64,000 nucleotides of DNA from an uncultured bacterium (GTDB lineage Bacteria; Desulfobacterota; Deferrimicrobia; Deferrimicrobiales; Deferrimicrobiaceae): assembly GCA_963829245.1 (NCBI GenBank), contig CAWHIM010000030.1, positions 19,167 through 83,166 on the forward strand. Reading direction: 5' to 3'. The position numbers and the translations under genes were made by a program. Positions 59,939 through 64,000 of this stretch are shown here, one piece after another (the first letter of the stretch is position 1; every line of letters begins with the position of its first letter). The notes beneath the pieces were generated by a model. The model had not been told where the DNA came from, made no database searches, and was given only the letters and a program-made list of their open reading frames with translations.

Positions 59939-60039
59939 GGCGGGGGGCACTGGAACGTTACGGACGGGAACTGGCGGGGGACACTCTATCCCTTTTTCCC
60001 GGGGGAAAACCAAGAGTGTCTTCCTATGAGGAGGACGGG

Positions 60040-61647
60040 ATGACGGACAAGGTTTTCATCTTCGACACGACGTTGCGGGACGGGGAGCAGGTCCCGGGGG
60101 CGAAGCTCGCCAGGGACCAGAAGGTCGAGATCGCGCGGCAGCTGGCGGTGCTGAACGTGGACATCATCGAGGCGGGGTTCCCTGCCTCCTCCCCCGGCGA
60201 CTTCGAGTCGGTCCAGGCGGTCGCGAAAACCATCAAGGGGCCGGTCATCACCGGCCTCGCGCGGGCGGTGAAAAAGGACATCGACACGCTGTGGGACGCG
60301 GTGAAGGTGGCGAAGCACCCCCGGATCCACACGTTCCTCGGCACCTCCGACATCCACATCCAGAAGAAGTTCCGCGCCGACCGGGAGAAGATCCTGCAGT
60401 GGTGCGTGGACACGGTGAAGTACGCCCGTTCCCTCTGCCGGGACGTGGAGTTCTCCACCGAGGATGCCTCGCGGACCGACTTCGAGTACCTCTGCCGGAC
60501 CGTCGACGCGGTGGTGAAAGCGGGGGCGACGACGATCAACATCCCGGACACCGTCGGGTACGCCACGCCGATGGAGATGGCGGACCGGGTGCGGCGCCTC
60601 AAGGAGAAGGTCCCCGGGCTGGACCACGCGATCCTCTCGATGCATTGCCACGACGACCTCGGGATGTCCACGGCGAACACGCTCGCGGGAATACTCGCCG
60701 GCGCCCGCCAGGCCGAGGTGACGGTGAACGGGATCGGCGAGCGCGCGGGGAACGCGTCGCTCGAAGAGGTGGTGATGGCGATCAAGACGCGCAAGGACAT
60801 CTTCGGGGAGTTGACCACCGGAGTGAACACGAAGGAGATCGCGAAAACAAGCCGGATGGTGTCCAAGCTGATGGGGCTGCCGATCCAGCGGAACAAGGCG
60901 ATCGTGGGGACGAACGCCTTCGCCCATTCCTCCGGCATCCACCAGGACGGGATCATCAAGGACCGCTCCACGTACGAGATCATCCGGCCGGAGGACGTGG
61001 GAGTGACGGCCCACACGTTCACGCTCACCGCCCGCTCGGGCCGCGCGGCGCTCAAGCACCACATTTCCGGGATGGGGCACCGCCTGACCGACGCCCAGCT
61101 GGCCGAGATCTACGAGAAGTTCCTCGTCCTGGCCGACAAGAAGAAGGAGGTCATGGTCGAGGACCTCGAGATTCTCGTGCAGGACGAGCTGTTCAAGGTC
61201 CCGGAGACGTACAAGCTGGTGAACCTCCAGATCCTGTCGGGGACGAAGGCGACGCCGATGGCGGCGCTGAAAGTGCAGCGGAACAACGAGGTGATCGAGG
61301 AGGCGGCGACGGGGAACGGGCCGATCGACGCCGCGTACAAGTGCATCGAACGGATCGTCGGGGCGAATTTCAAGCTGATCGATTTCGGGCTGAACGCGGT
61401 CACGTCGGGAAAGGACGCGATCGGGGAGGCGCGGGTGCGGATCCGGTCCAACGGGACGATCTTCTCCGGCGGAGCGAGCTCCACCGACATCATCGAGGCG
61501 GCGATCAAGGCGTACCTCTCCGCGATCAACCGGTGGGTGGCCTCGGAGGTGAAGTCGAAGGCCAAGAAAAAAGGCGCCGGGAAAAAAGGCGCCGGAAAAA
61601 AGGCCAGCCGGCGCCCATCGAAGCACCTTAAGCCGGCCGCCAGCTAA
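60040..61647 (+). CDS. leuA: 2-isopropylmalate synthase with a Lys-rich C-terminal tail
   Basis: VFIFDTTLRDGEQVPGA...HCHDDLGMSTANTLAG...HSSGIHQDG, LeuA dimerisation/regulatory domain, tail KSKAKKKGAGKKGAGKKASRRPSK. Confidence 0.9.
   Translation: MTDKVFIFDTTLRDGEQVPGAKLARDQKVEIARQLAVLNVDIIEAGFPASSPGDFESVQAVAKTIKGPVITGLARAVKKDIDTLWDAVKVAKHPRIHTFLGTSDIHIQKKFRADREKILQWCVDTVKYARSLCRDVEFSTEDASRTDFEYLCRTVDAVVKAGATTINIPDTVGYATPMEMADRVRRLKEKVPGLDHAILSMHCHDDLGMSTANTLAGILAGARQAEVTVNGIGERAGNASLEEVVMAIKTRKDIFGELTTGVNTKEIAKTSRMVSKLMGLPIQRNKAIVGTNAFAHSSGIHQDGIIKDRSTYEIIRPEDVGVTAHTFTLTARSGRAALKHHISGMGHRLTDAQLAEIYEKFLVLADKKKEVMVEDLEILVQDELFKVPETYKLVNLQILSGTKATPMAALKVQRNNEVIEEAATGNGPIDAAYKCIERIVGANFKLIDFGLNAVTSGKDAIGEARVRIRSNGTIFSGGASSTDIIEAAIKAYLSAINRWVASEVKSKAKKKGAGKKGAGKKASRRPSKHLKPAAS
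61567..61605 (+). repeat. About 2.7 tandem copies of a 15-nt unit (AAAAAAGGCGCCGGG) inside the leuA 3' end
   Basis: AAAAAAGGCGCCGGG AAAAAAGGCGCCGG AAAAAAGGCC, encoding (K)KGAGKKGAGKKA. Confidence 0.8.
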
Positions 61648-61970
61648 CGGTACTCCTCCCTGGGGGGCGAGAAGGCATCCAGCGCCACCGCCCCCCCGGG
61701 ACCCCCCTTCGCCGCGTGCGGAACCCCCCCCGGAACGAAGTACATCTCGTTTCCCGACAGCACCCGCGTCTCGCCTTCGATCGTGAACTCCATCGTCCCC
61801 GACACCATCAATCCCATCTGCTCGTGCGGATGGGAGTGCGTCGGAACGACCGCGCCCGGGGCAAGGGTGACGAGGGAGAGCATCATCTTCTCCCCCGAGG
61901 CGATCCTCGCGGTCACACCCGGGGCGAGCGTCCTGGGCGGGATCCCCTCCGGTTTCCAGAAAGTGTGCAT
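61644..61970 (-). CDS. Cupin-domain protein
   Basis: HSHPHEQMGLMVSGTMEF...YFVPGGVPHAA cupin motifs. ATG at 61968-61970 with AAAGGAG RBS; the ORF track starts at TTG 61985. Confidence 0.7.
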   Translation of the reverse strand: MHTFWKPEGIPPRTLAPGVTARIASGEKMMLSLVTLAPGAVVPTHSHPHEQMGLMVSGTMEFTIEGETRVLSGNEMYFVPGGVPHAAKGGPGGAVALDAFSPPREEYR

Positions 61971-61985
61971 GTGGTCTCCTTTCAA

Positions 61986-62199
61986 TCCAGTGAGCGATCA
62001 CGGAAGGCGCTACGCCTCCGGGACTCCCCCATCGGCTGCGCCGCCTCGGAGGGGGACTCCGTTCGTGGCTCGCCGTGCCGTGAACCTGCACGGCTGCGCT
62101 TTACCTCACTGCGCCCCCCTCCTGCGGCGCCTCCGCCGGACCCTCCTGCTGCGTGCGCCTTCCGTGCGGTCTTCCCGATACGTTACCGTATTTATGAAA
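61986..62199 (+). repeat. MITE/REP-like intergenic repeat, copy C
   Basis: GAGCGATCACGGAAGGCGC at the left end, a core nearly identical to copy A, and right end CGATACGTTACCGTATTTATGAAA, which is the inverted form of the copy A left terminus. Confidence 0.8.
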
Positions 62200-62211
62200 C
62201 ACAATACTACG

Positions 62212-63492
62212 TCACCCCGCGGGGTCGGGGAGGACGTATCCCGCGTCGGGGATGACGAGGGGCACGGGCAATTCACCGAGGATCCCCCTGGCGGCGCGGA
62301 TCGCATCCGGCAGGGTGGGCGCCGGCGTCATCCCCATCGTTTCCACATCCTCCGGAGGAAGGGAGGAAACGAGGATCACGCGGCACGCGCGGGTCTTTGT
62401 AAGGACGGCGTGCGCGGTCTGTCCGTAGATCTGGTAGTCCGCACGCAGCTCCCGCTCCAGCGCGCCGGGATCCTTGTGCCGGAACCAGGGGAAAAAGTGC
62501 GGGCTTCCGAAGCCGTCCGGGCATTCGGCGAGCAGGATCAGCACCCCGCCGGGCTCCGTCGCGTGGAATGCGTTGTCCAGCGCCTTGTGGGACTGGATCA
62601 GATTGATGTCCTTCGGGAAACCGCCCGCGGAGGCGATCACCAAGGGGTACCGCTTCGCGATCCGCACCCGGAAATGCTTTGCGTACAGCGCGCACCCCTC
62701 CTCGTGGGCCTTCTGCCAGTGCCCGGCCACCAGGTCGAAGATCCGCTTTCCCGGGGTAAGCAGCGTGTTCACCAGGAAGGTCGGCGAGGCCATCGAAACG
62801 GCCTCGACGATGTCCTCGTGGACCGGGTTTCCCGCCAGGACCCCCGCGCGCGCCATAGGGTGCTTCCCGGGGCCGTCGGTCCGGAAGATGCGGAAGTGCG
62901 TCTGGTGCGCTGTCTCCCTCCCCGCGCATCCGGGCACCAGCGCCTTCCTGCCGCCGCCGAACCCCGCGAAGTAATGGAATGAGATCGTCCCCGTCAGGAC
63001 GATCCGGTCGTGCTCCATCAGCCGCCGGGAGACGAGAACCTTCGTGCCGCGCGAGGTCGTCCCGAGCGTCGCGAGGTCCCCGTCCGGGTCCGACTGCTCC
63101 ACGCGGATCCCCGAGTCGATCTCCGGCCCTACCGTCTGCCGAACCTCGGCGTCCGTCATGGCGCGGTGGGTCCCCCGGGCGACGAAGAGGGTCACGCGGT
63201 CCCGCGGTATGCCCGCCGCGTCGGTTTCGCGCAGGAGGAACGGAAGGAATATTTCGGTGGCGCTGTAGCGGGTGATGTCCGAAATGGCGATAGCGACCCG
63301 GTCTCCCCGGCGGGCCAGCCGGGAGAGCAGGAGGGAGCCTGCGGGGCGGGCGATCCGGTGCTCGATGTGCCCTATTTCCGACGGGGGAAGCGGCTGGGAC
63401 TTCGCCGCGAGGAGGTTCACCCGGGGGAAGAACCCGGCCGGGAGCGGCATGGACCCTCGCCCGTAATGGAGGACGGCTTGGGGTTGCATCAA
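62212..63492 (-). CDS. LarA-like nickel-pincer-dependent 2-hydroxyacid racemase/epimerase (DUF2088)
   Basis: VAIAISDITRYS...GTHRAM...TGTISFHYFAGFGGGRKALVPG...GNPVHED...KDINLIQSHKAL are LarA family motifs as I recall them. Confidence 0.75.
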   Translation of the reverse strand: MMQPQAVLHYGRGSMPLPAGFFPRVNLLAAKSQPLPPSEIGHIEHRIARPAGSLLLSRLARRGDRVAIAISDITRYSATEIFLPFLLRETDAAGIPRDRVTLFVARGTHRAMTDAEVRQTVGPEIDSGIRVEQSDPDGDLATLGTTSRGTKVLVSRRLMEHDRIVLTGTISFHYFAGFGGGRKALVPGCAGRETAHQTHFRIFRTDGPGKHPMARAGVLAGNPVHEDIVEAVSMASPTFLVNTLLTPGKRIFDLVAGHWQKAHEEGCALYAKHFRVRIAKRYPLVIASAGGFPKDINLIQSHKALDNAFHATEPGGVLILLAECPDGFGSPHFFPWFRHKDPGALERELRADYQIYGQTAHAVLTKTRACRVILVSSLPPEDVETMGMTPAPTLPDAIRAARGILGELPVPLVIPDAGYVLPDPAG

Positions 63493-63505
63493 TGCCGTCG
63501 AACGC

Positions 63506-64000
63506 TCATCGGCGCGTTCCTTCCTGCCGGGGCCGCCCCTGGAGAGTCAGGGGAAGCTCCAGGTTGTTCTCCGCGAGCAGCGTCGCGTCGGAGAGGATTT
63601 CCGGTGCGGGGCCGTCGGCGACGATCGCGCCGTCCCGGATCACGAGGCACCGGGCGCATACGTCGAGGATGAGGTCGAGGTCGTGCGAGGCGACGATCTT
63701 CGAGTGCGCGAAGGAGTTGAGCAAGCCGATGACGGAACGCCGCGCCTTCGGGTCGAGGCTGGCGGCCGGTTCGTCCATGACGAGAATATCCGGCTCCATC
63801 GCGATGACCGTGGCGATCGCCACGGCGCTTTTCTCCCCCCCCGAAAGGTGGTGCGGCGGCTTGTCGGCAAGCGCAAGAGCGCCCACCTGCCGGAGCGCCG
63901 CGTGCACCCGCTCCCGGACCCGGTCGGGCGGCAGCCCGAGGTTCAGGGGGCCGAAGGCGACGTCGTCGAAGACGGTCGGCATGAAAAGCTGGTCGTCGGG
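63506..64000 (-). CDS. ECF/CbiO-type ABC ATP-binding protein; the N-terminus lies beyond the window end
   Basis: PDDQLFMPTVFDDVAFGPLNLGL, signature LSGGEKSAVAIATVIA, Walker B ILVMDEP. Confidence 0.8.
   Translation of the reverse strand, partial: PDDQLFMPTVFDDVAFGPLNLGLPPDRVRERVHAALRQVGALALADKPPHHLSGGEKSAVAIATVIAMEPDILVMDEPAASLDPKARRSVIGLLNSFAHSKIVASHDLDLILDVCARCLVIRDGAIVADGPAPEILSDATLLAENNLELPLTLQGRPRQEGTRR

Noticed and set aside
59830-60039. T-box riboswitch upstream of leuA (T-boxes have been reported for leuA in some delta-type proteobacteria).
   Set aside because: I could not find the conserved T-box sequence (..GGGTGGTACCGCG-like) or a specifier-loop arrangement. The leader peptide plus terminators explain the region better. 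Not excluded without a covariance-model scan.
61567-61605. Short tandem repeats as a possible CRISPR or VNTR locus.
   Set aside because: Only about 2.7 copies of 15 nt without spacers, inside the leuA coding frame. Not a CRISPR array.

Overview
High-GC (about 65% in counted lines) bacterial chromosomal segment, densely packed with about 65 protein genes, mostly housekeeping. I saw no rRNA, tRNA, CRISPR array, transposase or phage genes.

Gene content, in order:
- Fe3+-type ABC importer.
- Large hybrid histidine kinase, broken by two frame shifts.
- infA, dapL.
- ATP-grasp/esterase pair.
- CIRCE-controlled hrcA-grpE-dnaJ.
- A 12-kb chain of tightly coupled genes: DinG-like helicase, galU, hsp20, lon, two corC paralogs, larB, larC, radA.
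- Small lower-GC toxin-antitoxin islet: hicB, truncated hicA, vapBC.
- rlmE and a polyprenyl synthase.
- B12 uptake locus (btuFCD and btuB), each part behind its own cobalamin riboswitch.
- dksA, galT-like, glgA.
- GAF sensor kinase.
- mqnE and mqnC (futalosine pathway), serS, greA, manC.
- A compositionally atypical Cache/PAS hybrid kinase.
- leuA, a cupin, a larA-like gene and a partial cbiO-like ATPase.

Most notable observations:
1. A candidate leucine leader-peptide attenuator with two tandem intrinsic terminators upstream of leuA.
2. A three-copy MITE/REP-like intergenic repeat family with terminal inverted repeats.
3. Four single-nucleotide frame breaks in otherwise well-conserved genes, including essential serS. 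All four are restored by removing one base, which points to assembly indel error rather than biology.
4. A vapBC cassette that appears to have truncated hicA.
5. A sensor kinase whose membrane/Cache module is only about 35-47% GC.

I did not recognise a clear, complete novel multi-gene system. The ATP-grasp/esterase pair and the repeat family are the least explained items.

All family assignments come from motif recognition by eye. No database search was run.
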